A DNA stretch of 64,000 bases from Thermoanaerobaculia bacterium. Its GTDB lineage: Bacteria > Acidobacteriota > Thermoanaerobaculia > UBA5066. Below the pieces are notes generated by a model. The model did no database searches, had not been told where the DNA came from, and was given only the letters and a program-made list of their open reading frames with translations. The stretch covers positions 2,912,001-2,976,000 of the forward strand of contig CAVRAY010000001.1 of NCBI GenBank assembly GCA_963719225.1, in the 5' to 3' direction. Shown piece after piece: positions 1 through 10,749 of the stretch. The translations under genes were made by a program, and so were the position numbers. How positions within the stretch are numbered: position 1 is the first letter of the stretch; each line of letters opens with the position of its first letter.

Positions 1-504
1 GCCGCCGTCGTCCTCGCCGCCACGGGTGAGGCCGTACTGCGGCTCGGCCGGGAGATCTCGTTCGGGAATCTCCTCTGCGGAGGCCCCGCCGGCATTCCGG
101 CAATCCTCTCGGACTCGAACGTGGACTGGGGTCAGGAGGAAGGGAAGATCTTCGAGCGCGTCCGGCAGGGCGACCTGGGGCGCGTCGGCCTCGCGTCGCT
201 CATGGTGGACGAGTCGGGCGCGCGTGCCGTGGGAATCGCGGGACAGGTCACGGCGCCGGACGCGCCGGTCGACACCGTCTTTTTCTCGCGTTTCCTCTGG
301 GACAACGCGGCCGCGATCGAGAAGAACACGGAAACCTGGTCGAAGTTCGTCTGGCTGCGCGGCTGGCTGCCGCCGCTCAGGCGGGGGCTCGAAGCACGCG
401 CGGTTTCGATCGAGCCCTTCGGGGATTCGCAGCTCCTGATCCGCCTCCGCCCCGAGACCCCGACTACGGCTTCCCCGTCCGTGCCGCCCGCGCCCACGCG
501 GTGA
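1..504 (+). CDS. 3' end of a GT-C/ArnT-PMT-like membrane glycosyltransferase (5'-truncated by window)
   Basis: Frame 1 is open from position 1 and reads ...LSDSNVDWGQ..., a motif typical of the C-terminal part of GT39/ArnT-like proteins. Confidence 0.6.
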   Translation, partial: AAVVLAATGEAVLRLGREISFGNLLCGGPAGIPAILSDSNVDWGQEEGKIFERVRQGDLGRVGLASLMVDESGARAVGIAGQVTAPDAPVDTVFFSRFLWDNAAAIEKNTETWSKFVWLRGWLPPLRRGLEARAVSIEPFGDSQLLIRLRPETPTTASPSVPPAPTR

Positions 505-2488
505 GCGGCCAGCCCTGCCGGCGCGCGAGCTCGAGTCCGCGCGCGAAGCCTTCGCGCTGACCCTCCGGCATGCACGAGAGGTCGCCGGGCGGAGCAGCCA
601 TCGAACGGACGAAGAGGATCCAGGGATGGCAGGAAAGCGAAGATGAGGAAGACGAAGAGGAAAAAAGAGTCTTCTTGGAAAGGAAAGAGAGGGCGGCCGC
701 GGCATCTGAATCGCCGGCGCCGCTGCTGGCGCCCGCGCCTCTGCCCCCGCCGAGGCGCAGCGATTCTGCGACCAGGGCCACCGCGCGAGGGTCATTCGAA
801 GAATCCGAATCCGAATCCTCGCCCTTCTTCCCGAGCAGCTCTTCTCCGAGTACCAGCGCCCGCGCGTACCTCTTCGTGTCGATCGCCCGGATCGTCTGGT
901 CACGCAGAGCTTCGGTCCAGGGATCCGAAGATCCCGTTCTCTCTTCCTCTTCCAAGAAATATTCTCTTCCCCACCCGACACGAACCGGCCGCAGCGCAAG
1001 GACGAGCGCGGGCGCAGGCTCCTTCGGCAACGTCGGTCTGAAGGGCGGATCGAGCTGCCGGAGTCCTTCACGTGCCAGGACTTCGGATGCCGCCCCCCGC
1101 AGCTTCGCGGCGAGGAGCAGAGCGTGGACGCGGATCGGCGACCAGGAAGGCGTGAGCGAGAGGTGATGGGGCCCCGTGGCGCGAAGGACGCCGTCGGCCC
1201 CGCGCTCGACCTCGTATTCGGTGCCTGCCGCACGGGCGTCGGAGATCGGCTGCGGCGGGACGACGGACGAGAGCGCGTAGACCGCGGGAAACGGAACGAG
1301 GGCGCCGAGAAGATTCACGCCGGCTCCGAGGACGAGCGCGAACGCTCCCGCGAGGCGCATGGGACGACCGGAGCCCGAGCACGCCAGACCTGCGAAGGCG
1401 AGGAGCGGAGGCAGCGCAGGCAGGAGGAGGCGCGGCCCCCATCCCGCCTGTCCGTCCCACGCCCACCAGGCGGACGCGGTGAGGAGAAGAGAAGCGGCCG
1501 AAGCGCAAAGGGCGGACGCGAGCCGCGCGTCGCGCCTGCGAAGCGCAAGAAACCCCAACGGCGCGAGAAGGACGATCGGCGCATACCAGAACAGCCCTTT
1601 GTTCGGGAGCACCGTGAGCCTGAGGAGTCCCGTGAAGAAGGGATACGTGAACGTCTCCCCGGCATACCCGCCGAAGAGCTTGCCGAAGCGAATGAGCTCG
1701 AAGAACGCCCAGAGAAGGAGAAGAGCTGAGAATGAAAAGAACATCGGCCATGGCGCCGCAGGACGGCGAGAGTCCGCCGCGGCCCGGCGCCTGTTTCTCT
1801 TCCCTTCTAGGAAATCTTTCTCTCCCTCTTTTCTTCTTCCGAAGAGTGCGCACGCGAGAAGCGGCGCGACCGCGACGAGCAGGAGGGTCTTCGTGAGAAT
1901 CGCGAAGCCCGCCGCGACCCCGAGGACGATCTGCCAGCGCCGCGAGGCGGGCTCCGCGCGCATCGTGACGACGGCGAGCACCGCGAGCGCGACGCACGCC
2001 GCCTGAAGAGGCTCGCCGTAATCGCTCGCCGCGTAGCCCCAGAGCGGCGTCGCGAGGACGAGGCCGGCTCCCGAGGCCGCGGCCCAGCCGGGCGTCGCAC
2101 CGAGAAGACTCACGGAACGCGCCGTGGCCCACGCGGCGGCGGCCAGGCACGCGATCGGGAGGAGGACGAAGAGGGGCGCCGAGGGCGTCGCGGGCGCCGT
2201 TGCGCGGACGAGGCGCGTCGCGGTCACGGGGACGGCCTCCGCGAGCGACAGCCCCATGCCGTAGCGCGAAACCGCGTCTCCCGCCGGCCGCCGCGGAGCG
2301 TTGGAGAACTCGCGGGAGACGCCGATCTCCAAAAAGCGTGCGACGGCGGCGGCGGCCGAGAGCATCTCCCTGCCGTCGGGGATGAGGCCGTAGGAGCGCG
2401 TGTCGACGGTCGCGGCGAGGACGAGGACGACGCCGAACGCCGCAGCCCGCGCGGCGCGCGGCACGGGCGGCGTTGCGGCGGCGCTCAT
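464..2488 (-). CDS. Multi-pass membrane protein, GT-C-fold glycosyltransferase-like
   Basis: 674 aa with many TM segments; motifs SRYGMG, LWGYA..YGEP, PNKGLFWYAP, WWAWDGQAGWGPRLLLP shared with ORFs at 46048 and 56738. Confidence 0.65.
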   Translation of the reverse strand: MSAAATPPVPRAARAAAFGVVLVLAATVDTRSYGLIPDGREMLSAAAAVARFLEIGVSREFSNAPRRPAGDAVSRYGMGLSLAEAVPVTATRLVRATAPATPSAPLFVLLPIACLAAAAWATARSVSLLGATPGWAAASGAGLVLATPLWGYAASDYGEPLQAACVALAVLAVVTMRAEPASRRWQIVLGVAAGFAILTKTLLLVAVAPLLACALFGRRKEGEKDFLEGKRNRRRAAADSRRPAAPWPMFFSFSALLLLWAFFELIRFGKLFGGYAGETFTYPFFTGLLRLTVLPNKGLFWYAPIVLLAPLGFLALRRRDARLASALCASAASLLLTASAWWAWDGQAGWGPRLLLPALPPLLAFAGLACSGSGRPMRLAGAFALVLGAGVNLLGALVPFPAVYALSSVVPPQPISDARAAGTEYEVERGADGVLRATGPHHLSLTPSWSPIRVHALLLAAKLRGAASEVLAREGLRQLDPPFRPTLPKEPAPALVLALRPVRVGWGREYFLEEEERTGSSDPWTEALRDQTIRAIDTKRYARALVLGEELLGKKGEDSDSDSSNDPRAVALVAESLRLGGGRGAGASSGAGDSDAAAALSFLSKKTLFSSSSSSSSLSCHPWILFVRSMAAPPGDLSCMPEGQREGFARGLELARRQGWPLTAWARAARTGKP

Positions 2489-2514
2489 GCCGCGATTATG
2501 CGAGAGGGCGGCCT

Positions 2515-4380
2515 TCAGGCCGCGCGGGGGATCGAGTCGAGCGCGGCCTTGGTCTCCTCACGGCCCGTGCGCCAGTGCCTCGCCCAGCGCGGAATCGCGT
2601 CGGCGAGGACCAGGAGGACGGACGCCATCATCACGGCCGTCAGACCCGAGTTCAGCCAGCCCTTGAACGCGTCCCCCGGGCGGACGGACCGTGCGAGAGG
2701 AAGAAAGATGTCGCGGATCGACAGCGCCCCGCCCGCGAGCGTCGTCGTCCCGACGAAGAGGAGTGGCACGATCGTCACCAGGGCGTAACGCGAGCGGCCT
2801 TCGTTCACGATCACGGTCGTGGCGACGGTGAGCGCCACGACCGCGAGGAGCTGGTTCGCGACGCCGAACATGGGCCAGAGCGACTGGATCGAACCGGTGA
2901 AGATGAACCAGCTCCAGCCGCCCACGATGAGAGCCGTCGCGAAAATGCTGCCCGGCAGCCAGTCCGTTCTCGCCATGCGCGGGAAGGCGCGCCCGGCGAG
3001 CTCCTGGACGAGGAAGCGGCCGATGCGCGTTCCCGTGTCGATCGTCGTGAGGACGAAGAGCGCCTCGAACATGATGACGAAGTGGTAGAAGTAGCTCATG
3101 AGGCTCTTGGCGCCGGGCAGATCGCCGAAGATCTGGGCGATCCCGACGGCGAGCGAGACCCCGCCCCCCGTTCGCCCGGCGAGGCGCGGCTCGCCCACGA
3201 GCGCCGCGAGCTCCGACAGGCGGCCGCCGTCGAGATTCATCTTTGCGGCGAGCGCCTCGAACGCCTGCGGCGAGAGGTTGATCCGGAAGTAGTCCGCCGG
3301 AAAGAGCGACGACGCGGCGACGAGCGCCGTCACGCCCACGAGGCTCTCCATGAGCATCGCCCCGTAGCCGATGGCCCGCGCGTGGCTCTCCTTGTCGAGC
3401 ATCTTGGACGTTGTTCCCGACGACACGAGCGCGTGAAAGCCCGAGATGGCGCCGCACGCGATCGTGATGAAGACGAACGGGAAGAGGGCGCCCGGCACGA
3501 GCGGCCCGCCGCCGGACGCGAACCCGCTGACGGCCGGCGCCTTCATCTCGGGGCGCACGAGGAACACCGTGACGACGATTACGGCGATCGTTCCGACCTT
3601 CATGTAGCTCGAGAGGTAGTCGCGGGGACAGAGGAGCATCCACACGGGCAGGACCGACGCGAGAAACCCGTACGCGGCGATGGCGGCCGTGAGCGACGTC
3701 TCCGAAAGCGTGAAAAGGTGCGACGCACCCGCCCACGGATGGCCCGGCGCGAAGAGTCCGCCGAGGACGACGCACGCCATGAGCAGCGACACGCCGATGG
3801 CCGACGCTTCGGCCACGCGGCCCGGCCTGATCCGGTACATGTAGAGGCCCATCAACAGCGCGATCGGGATCGACGCGGCGATCGCGAACGTGCCCCAGGC
3901 GCTTTCGGCGAGCGCCTTGACGACGATAAACCCGAGAACCGCCATCGCGACAACGACGATGAAGAGAATCGCGATCATCGCGACGATGCCGCTCAGGGGG
4001 CTGATCTCGTCGCGTGCGATCTCCGCGAGCGAACGGCCGCCGCGCCGAACGGAAGCCCCGAGGATGACGAAGTCCTGCACCGCACCCGCGAGGCAGACGC
4101 CGAACACGAGCCACAGGAGGCCGGGGAGCCATCCGAACTGGGCCGCGAGGACCGGCCCGATGAGCGGCCCGGCGCCCGAGATCGCGGCGAAGTGATGGCC
4201 CCAGAGGACCCAGCGGTTCGTGGGATGAAAATTCTGGCCGTCGCGGCGCGTGTGCGCCGGCGTCGGTCGCCGGTCGTCCAGGCCGATCACGCGACGCGCG
4301 AGGAATCCGCTGTAGAAGCGGTAGAAGATCGCGTAGACGCCGAGCGCTCCGAGGAGCAGCCAGAACGCGTTGACCGTCAC
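2515..4380 (-). CDS. cstA: Carbon starvation protein A (peptide/pyruvate transporter)
   Basis: Motifs TPAH..DG.NF.PT, GHHFAAISGAGPLIGP, GAVQDF, ITIACGAISGFH, LWPMFGVANQLLA. Confidence 0.95.
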   Translation of the reverse strand: MTVNAFWLLLGALGVYAIFYRFYSGFLARRVIGLDDRRPTPAHTRRDGQNFHPTNRWVLWGHHFAAISGAGPLIGPVLAAQFGWLPGLLWLVFGVCLAGAVQDFVILGASVRRGGRSLAEIARDEISPLSGIVAMIAILFIVVVAMAVLGFIVVKALAESAWGTFAIAASIPIALLMGLYMYRIRPGRVAEASAIGVSLLMACVVLGGLFAPGHPWAGASHLFTLSETSLTAAIAAYGFLASVLPVWMLLCPRDYLSSYMKVGTIAVIVVTVFLVRPEMKAPAVSGFASGGGPLVPGALFPFVFITIACGAISGFHALVSSGTTSKMLDKESHARAIGYGAMLMESLVGVTALVAASSLFPADYFRINLSPQAFEALAAKMNLDGGRLSELAALVGEPRLAGRTGGGVSLAVGIAQIFGDLPGAKSLMSYFYHFVIMFEALFVLTTIDTGTRIGRFLVQELAGRAFPRMARTDWLPGSIFATALIVGGWSWFIFTGSIQSLWPMFGVANQLLAVVALTVATTVIVNEGRSRYALVTIVPLLFVGTTTLAGGALSIRDIFLPLARSVRPGDAFKGWLNSGLTAVMMASVLLVLADAIPRWARHWRTGREETKAALDSIPRAA

Positions 4381-4425
4381 CGCCGCGAGTGTACCGTCGG
4401 CCGAAGGAGGCGGCCGTCTCTCCCT

Positions 4426-5055
4426 TTACTTCGTGCGCTCGAGCGTGCCCTCGATCCCGAGCGCGATCGGCAGCCGGACGTGCGCGACCTTGTTCTCCAT
4501 GACGAGCGTGTAGATCCCCGGCTCGAACCGGCCCTTCGGTGACTCGAAAAAGAGGTGCCCCCAGGCCAGCGTCTCGTGGTCGACCGTGACCTGGTCGAAA
4601 ACGATCCCTTCGCCCGGCATGGTGAAGAATCCGAGCCGTTCTTCCTTGATGCGTCCGGGGAAATACCCGTCGAGCGGATCGCGTATGACGCGCGCCTGAA
4701 GCAGCATGCGGCTCAGGTCGGGAATCCCGTGGGCCATCTTCTTCTGGCTCGGGAGGGGCATCCGCGTTCCGTCCGGCCCGAGCAGACTGACGTCCTCGCG
4801 ATAGATCTCGACCGGTTGGCTGCCCGTCGCGGAAATGCAGGTTTCGAGCAGGATCCAGCGGCTGTCGAGGTGAGTTTGCGCGTGCTTGTATCCCACGACG
4901 ACCTGGACCACCTCGTCCCGGTACCTCGAAACGGTACGACCCATCTTCTTCACGTTCGGGGACTCGAGGTCGGCGTGGAGACTCGCGACACTCGAGAGAA
5001 GAAGAGTGGCTGCCATCAGAAAGGCCGGACCCGACCGCCGCGGGAATGGATTCAA
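4426..5055 (-). CDS. Secreted hypothetical protein
   Basis: TTG start at 5055 preceded by GGAGG; signal-peptide-like N-terminus ending VASLHA; coding-like codon usage. Confidence 0.65.
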   Translation of the reverse strand: MNPFPRRSGPAFLMAATLLLSSVASLHADLESPNVKKMGRTVSRYRDEVVQVVVGYKHAQTHLDSRWILLETCISATGSQPVEIYREDVSLLGPDGTRMPLPSQKKMAHGIPDLSRMLLQARVIRDPLDGYFPGRIKEERLGFFTMPGEGIVFDQVTVDHETLAWGHLFFESPKGRFEPGIYTLVMENKVAHVRLPIALGIEGTLERTK

Positions 5056-5179
5056 GATGATTCCTCCGGTGCTCCTCGAAGAGGAGACCTCGATTGCCCC
5101 TTGCACGGAGCATACCGTCGGGAGGACACCTTTTCCGGACGCTTCGCCTCGGGCCAGCCGGAGTAGGATCGCCCCCGAC

Positions 5180-5626
5180 ATGGACGGCAATTCGCTCGCC
5201 GGGGCCTGGAAGCTGCTCGTTTTCGAGTTCCGCTCCGAAGGACAGGTCGTATTTCCATTCGGAACGAACGTCATCGGACTGTGCCTCTATGACGCGACCG
5301 GCCACATGGCATTGCAGATCATGCGCGGAGACCGCCCCCGATTCGCCGCGAACGACCAGCAGCTGGGCACGCCGGCCGAGGTCGCGGCCGCCTTCTTCGG
5401 ATGTCTCGCCTACGCGGGCACGTACGTCGCCGACGAGGTCCACGGCGTCGTCGTGCATCACGTCTCACAATCCCTCTTCCCGAACTGGGTCGGCACGGAT
5501 CAGATCCGCTTCTACCGGATCTCCGGAGACCGTCTCATCGTGAGCGCGCCGACGCAGCAGGTCGGGGGACACCTCATGGACGTGATGCTCGTGTGGGAGC
5601 GGCTCGCTCCCGTCGCGGGGGCCTGA
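5180..5626 (+). CDS. Lipocalin-like domain protein (Lipocalin_5 type)
   Basis: LAGAWKL, G...YDATGHMALQI, AYAGTY, SLFPNWVGT.Q.R, LVWER. Confidence 0.85.
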   Translation: MDGNSLAGAWKLLVFEFRSEGQVVFPFGTNVIGLCLYDATGHMALQIMRGDRPRFAANDQQLGTPAEVAAAFFGCLAYAGTYVADEVHGVVVHHVSQSLFPNWVGTDQIRFYRISGDRLIVSAPTQQVGGHLMDVMLVWERLAPVAGA

Positions 5627-5631
5627 CGCAC

Positions 5632-7293
5632 GTGCAGAGATTCGTCCTTCCCCGCCACGTCTCGCGACGACTGCCGCTCTGTCGCCGGACGGGTCCGTGT
5701 CCGCCGGACGAGGACATCCGCTTCACCGTACTCCTCCATGCCAAGGACATGCGCATGCTCCGGGAAGCGGCAGCTGCCGTCTCGGACCCGAAGAGCTCCG
5801 TCTATGGGCGCCACCTTTCCGCCGACGAGGTACGCACGCTCGTCGCGCCCGGGTATCAGGATCTCGACGCGGTGCTGGCCTTCCTCAGAGACGCCGGCCT
5901 CACCGTGGACGGCGTCGCCGGGGCGCGTACCGCGGTCCAGGGCCACGGCCCGGCGGAGAGGATCTCGCGCGCGTTCGACGTTCCCATCGGCACCTACGCG
6001 CCGCCGCGCACCGTATCGCCTCGCGTGCGGCGCGCGATCGCGGCCGAGCGGGACCCCACGATTCCGGCGTCGCTCGCGTCCGTGATTCGCGGCGTCGCGG
6101 GACTCAACACCCTTCCCGCGGCCCGGCGCTTCCCGCCGATCTTCGCCCCGCCCCGCTCCAAGGTACCGCGGCGCGGACCCGCCGCGGCTCGCGGGCCCGG
6201 CGGAGGCTTCACGCCCGACGAGATTCGCGCGGCGTACGCCCTCCCCGATCCGGCCACGGCGGGAGGCCGCGGTGAGCGCGTGGCCATCCTCGAGTTCGGA
6301 GGCGGATTCTCGGGTGACGACTTCGCGACGTTCTGCACGCACTACGGCCTGCCTGTGGGCGACGTCACGGACGTCTCGGTCTCGGGGGCCAAGAACGACT
6401 ATCAGGGCAGGACGGGCGACGCCGACGTGGAGGTCGCGCTCGACATGGACTGGGTGCGAGGCACGGCGCCGCAGGCGGACCTGGACCTGTGGTGGACGCC
6501 CAACACGGATACGGGCTGGGTCGATTTCCTCAACGCGCTCCTCGATGCGCCGGACGCCCGCCGCCCCTCGATCGTCTCGATCTCATGGGGAATGCCCGAG
6601 GACGGCTTCGCGACGTCCCGGAGGTACGACCAGACCCGCCAGCTCTTCCTTTCGTGTGCGCTCCTCGGCATCACATTCGTCTGCGCCTCGGGAGACGCCG
6701 GCGCCGGCGACATCCTTCCGGAGGACGCCGCCTTCGACGGCCAGCGCCACGTGGACTTTCCGAGCGTCGTCCCGGAGGTGACCGCGGTCGGGGGTACGAA
6801 GCTCGTCCCGAAGGGCAGCTCCTTCGCGGAGAGCGCCTGGAACGACGGCCCGAGTCGCGGCGCGACGGGCGGGGGCTTCTCGAGGTTCGTGGCGGTCCCC
6901 GCGTGGCAGAGGGCGGCTCTGGGCGCGCGCCGCGGGGTGACGGGTCGGGGCATTCCCGATGTCGCGGCGGTCGCGTCGCCCGATCCCGGCCTCTCGATCT
7001 TCGTGAGAAAAAAGTGGACCGCCGCCGGAGGAACCAGCGTGGCGGCGCCGATCTGGTCCGGAATCCTCGCGCACGTGAACGCCGCGCGCGCGGAGGCAGG
7101 GAAACCCCGCATGGGAGCCGCGAACGCGGCCCTCTACGACCTGGCTCGCGGCGTCTCGCCTTTCCGGGACGTCACGCAGGGTGACAATTCGTACGGCGGC
7201 GTTTCGGGATATCCGGCGACGAAAGGGTGGGACCCGACCACGGGCCTCGGTTCCGTCGATACCGGAAAGCTCGTGAAGAAGCTCCTCGCCTGA
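5632..7293 (+). CDS. S53 family peptidase (kumamolisin/sedolisin) with activation prodomain
   Basis: Catalytic motifs EVALD, SISWG, ASGDAGA, GGTS; C-terminal GWDPTTGLGS; GTG start just after upstream stop. Confidence 0.92.
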   Translation: MQRFVLPRHVSRRLPLCRRTGPCPPDEDIRFTVLLHAKDMRMLREAAAAVSDPKSSVYGRHLSADEVRTLVAPGYQDLDAVLAFLRDAGLTVDGVAGARTAVQGHGPAERISRAFDVPIGTYAPPRTVSPRVRRAIAAERDPTIPASLASVIRGVAGLNTLPAARRFPPIFAPPRSKVPRRGPAAARGPGGGFTPDEIRAAYALPDPATAGGRGERVAILEFGGGFSGDDFATFCTHYGLPVGDVTDVSVSGAKNDYQGRTGDADVEVALDMDWVRGTAPQADLDLWWTPNTDTGWVDFLNALLDAPDARRPSIVSISWGMPEDGFATSRRYDQTRQLFLSCALLGITFVCASGDAGAGDILPEDAAFDGQRHVDFPSVVPEVTAVGGTKLVPKGSSFAESAWNDGPSRGATGGGFSRFVAVPAWQRAALGARRGVTGRGIPDVAAVASPDPGLSIFVRKKWTAAGGTSVAAPIWSGILAHVNAARAEAGKPRMGAANAALYDLARGVSPFRDVTQGDNSYGGVSGYPATKGWDPTTGLGSVDTGKLVKKLLA

Positions 7294-7320
7294 GCGCACC
7301 AAGCCGCCTCGGGGAATTCT

Positions 7321-9803
7321 TCAGGGCGCGCTTCTCACGAAGGCGGCGTTGACGGGGGCCGGCATCGGGGAGTCGGCGCCGCGGACGCTCTTCCAGATCG
7401 CCTCGTTGAGGGGCACGTCGGGGGCGGCGTCTTCCCTCGAGAAGTCCCACGTGTCCGCAAGAGCCTGCATCGGCGCGCCGCGCGGATTCGTCTCGTAGAA
7501 CGGGATCGCCGTTTCGCGGTGGACGAAGGGCGCCGGGTCCGGCACGTCTGCGAACGCGGCCGTCATAGGCGTCGCGCCCGCGTCGTGCTGCGACATGGGC
7601 GGAAGCCCGAGGATGAGCTCCATCGTCCGGAGCATGGACGTCGTCGAATACATCGTCGAGTCCACGGCTCGGCGCCGCGTGTACGGCGACACGACGAGCG
7701 CGACCGTGCGATGCGCGTCGACGTGGTCGGGTCCGTTCTGGGCATCGTCCTCGACGACGAAGACCGCCGTCTCGCTCCAGAAGGGCGAGAGCGAGAGCGC
7801 CTCGACGAGGCGGCCCAGGGCGACGTCGTTCTCGGCCACCATCGCGCGCGGCGTCTTGCCGCCCTTCTTCGTCCCCACGGTGTGATCGTTGCCCAGCCGC
7901 ACGATCATGAGCCGCGGCATCTCCTTCTTCTTCACGTACTGGGCGAATTCCTTCAGCCAGATGTCGACGCGCGCGTTGTCGAGGATTTCCGTGTCGAATC
8001 CCGGGTAGTAGGGATTCGTGTTCGCCCTGAGCGCGCCCTCCTGACCCTGCGAGAGGCCCGCCTCGAGCGGCGTTTCGGATTCGGAGGCGATGCCCGTGAA
8101 CTCGCCGTAATTGCGCAGCGAGAGCCCGGCGCGCGCGGCCGCGTCCCAGAGGTAGCCGTTCGTCGGAAACGCCGCGGGATCGTTCCCTTCGAAGAGGTAG
8201 GAGAAGCCGTGGCTGCCGTAGCTCGGAGGCCAGACCTTCTCCACGAAATCCGTCGCGTACGCGCCCATGGACCAGTTGTGGCCGTCGGCGGAGACCTCGG
8301 CATCGCAGTAGAAGTTGTCGAGCGTGACGTACTCCTCGGCGAGCGCGTGCGCGTTCGGCGTCACGTCGCGCCCGAAGAGGACGAGCGACGGGTCGCCGTT
8401 GCCCTTCGGGAGGTCGCCGAGGACCTGGTCGTACGTGCGGTTCTCGCGGACGACGTAGACGACGTGCTTGATCGGCGACGTGCCGCCGGGCGCGGCCGGC
8501 ACGACGGCCGACGCGCGCACGGTGAGGGATCCCCGCGCGGCGGGCCGGCGGTTCGCGTACGCCCGCGTGGTGAGAGATGCGAGCTGGCGACCGTCGGGAA
8601 CCGGACGCGCGAGACGCTGCCGGGGATCGTCCGCGTGAGGCGCGTCGGGTCTCCGAGCTTCGGCTTCGTCGGATCCGGCCCGCCCTTCGAATTCTCCCAC
8701 GAGCCGCCGCCCTTCGCATTCGCGACCCAGAGGGTCCTCCCGTCGCGCGAGAGGGCGAGCGCGTCGGGATACCAGCCGGACGGGATGAATCCCTTCGCGC
8801 GTGCCTTCGCGGGACCGAGGGAAAGATCCACCACCGCCACGGCGTCGTCGTCGGCATTCGCGACGAAGAGCCTCTTCCCGTCGCGCGAAAGGGCCAGCGC
8901 GTTCGGCGTCGAGCCGTCGGGCATCGCGTCCGACGAGGGCGTCCCCGGCCCGTCCGGACCGAGCGCGACCGAGATCTGCCGCACGACTCCCCGCGACGCG
9001 ACGTCCACGGCTGCGACGAGGTTCCGGTTCGCCTGGGCGACGAAGAGCGTTCTTCCGTCGGGCGAAAAGACGAGATCTCCCGGATGGTCCGCCGTCTTCA
9101 CCGAGCCGGTCGCGATCGCCTTTTCCGGATCGACGAACGTCACGGCCGCTCCGCCCCATGCCGCGAGCGCGAGGATCTTTCCATCCGGGGAGAAGACCGG
9201 CCGGTAGGGATGGATGCCCGCGGAAACCCCCGCGACGACCTGCCTTGCGGCGAGATCGACCTTCACGACGTCGTTCGCGAGGATGCGCGCGGCCCAGAGA
9301 GTCTTGCCGTCCGGTGAGATGGCGAGCCCTCCCGGCGTCGCGTCGACTTTCGGCCCGTCCTCCTTGCGCTTCAGCGAGATCGGCTCCTCGGCGACGAAGC
9401 GGTCCCGTTCCAGGCGATAGACGAGGACGTTTCTCCCTTTGGCGCCGGCGACGTACGCCCGCGCGCCGTCCGGCGAGAGCGCCATGCCGAGCCACGAATG
9501 CGGCAGGGGCTGCTTGAAAAGGGACTTCCCCGAGGCGGCGTCCAGCAGGTGGAGCGACTGGTCATCCGCGCCGGTGCAAAGCGCGACGACCCGGCTTTCA
9601 TCGGGCGCGAGCGCGAGCGCGAACGGGTAAGGCGAAACCTCGGTCTGCGTGCCCGTCGGGGTCAGCAGGCGCCCGTTCGGGAGCTGGACCTCGCCGGTCG
9701 GCAGGCGCGACGGTACGACGCGGTCGGCTACGAGGAGCGAAGAAGAAAGAGAAAGAGAGAATGAGAATCTGCTTAGAAAGGAAAGAAAGAACGAGACGCG
9801 CAT
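7321..9803 (-). pseudogene. YncE beta-propeller / phosphoesterase (alkaline phosphatase superfamily) fusion, split by a 1-nt frameshift at ~8603 (probably a sequencing error)
   Basis: N-terminal ORF 8361-9803 carries YVTN-type repeats; C-terminal frame carries IKHVVYVVRENRTYDQVLGD, EVSADGHNW, GNDHT, EDDAQNGPDHVDAHR; adding one C restores ...SVSRVPVPDGRQL... Confidence 0.85.
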
Positions 9804-9839
9804 ATGGGGAAGACTAGCGCGCTCGACAGCTCATTCGCC

Positions 9840-10625
9840 CTAAATCGATATCCGCGCGACGCCCAGGACCTTCCGGCTCTTTCTCTCCTGAACGAAAGCC
9901 ACGGCGTGTAGCTCATTTCTCTTCCAGTCCGCTTTGAGGCGAAGCGGGCGCTCCGTCTCGAAAAGTCCTCCCGGTCGAACCGTGCTCACGACCGCGAGTT
10001 CGCGAACGACGGCGCCGTGCACGAGGCGCCGCCCCGCGTTCTCGCCCCGCGGCACGTCGCTCGCGAGCCCGTCCTCGGTGATCGCGAGGAGGAGCTCGGC
10101 CGTATCGCCAGGCGTGACGGGCGGCAACGCGCTGACCCGGACCCGCAGGGCGGCCCCCTGCCCGTTCGCCGACGGCAGGATCTCGATCGACGCCTTCGGC
10201 AGACGGGCGGCCTCCTCGACCGCGTGCCGCGCCTTCTTCTCGTCGCTCCCGACGAGCTCCGTGCGCCCATCCACGACGACCTGCGGCGTGTAGACGCGGC
10301 TTTCGCCCCAGGCGCGGCCGTAGTCGCTCTGGCGCGCGCTGAACGACTCGGAGGAGTAAGGATCGGCCCACCCGAGGCGGTTCCAGTAATCGACGTGCAA
10401 GGACAGTGGCACGACCTCGGCACCGGCGACCGGCTGGGTCCGCTCGAGGCGCACGAGCGCGAGGTCGGCCGGAGGGCAGCTCGAGCAACCCTCGGACGTG
10501 AACAGCTCCACGAGGACCGGAATGCGGGCGGATCGAGGTCCCTCGGCGCTCGTCGAGCCGGCGGCGAGTACGAGCACCGCCGTCAAGATGATTCTCTTGG
10601 AAAGGACTTCGAAGACAGAAGACAT
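9840..10625 (-). CDS. DUF1223 family secreted thioredoxin-like protein
   Basis: VLVELFTSEGCSSCPPAD, HVDYWN.LGW.DP, YTPQ, GEN.GR.L.H; signal peptide. Confidence 0.92.
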   Translation of the reverse strand: MSSVFEVLSKRIILTAVLVLAAGSTSAEGPRSARIPVLVELFTSEGCSSCPPADLALVRLERTQPVAGAEVVPLSLHVDYWNRLGWADPYSSESFSARQSDYGRAWGESRVYTPQVVVDGRTELVGSDEKKARHAVEEAARLPKASIEILPSANGQGAALRVRVSALPPVTPGDTAELLLAITEDGLASDVPRGENAGRRLVHGAVVRELAVVSTVRPGGLFETERPLRLKADWKRNELHAVAFVQERKSRKVLGVARISI

Positions 10626-10749
10626 CGGACCGCCTCGTTCAGGATATCTCGCGAGGCCATGCGTCTATTCCCACGCCCGGCGCGGCGATCACGTGCTCTC
10701 CGAGCGGGCCGAGAAATCGAGGTGGACCTCTCGGCCTGACGGCCGTTCG

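Noticed and set aside
801-818. (GAATCC)3 microsatellite
   Set aside because: In-frame DSDSDS linker, better explained as part of the motif-associated low-complexity patch.
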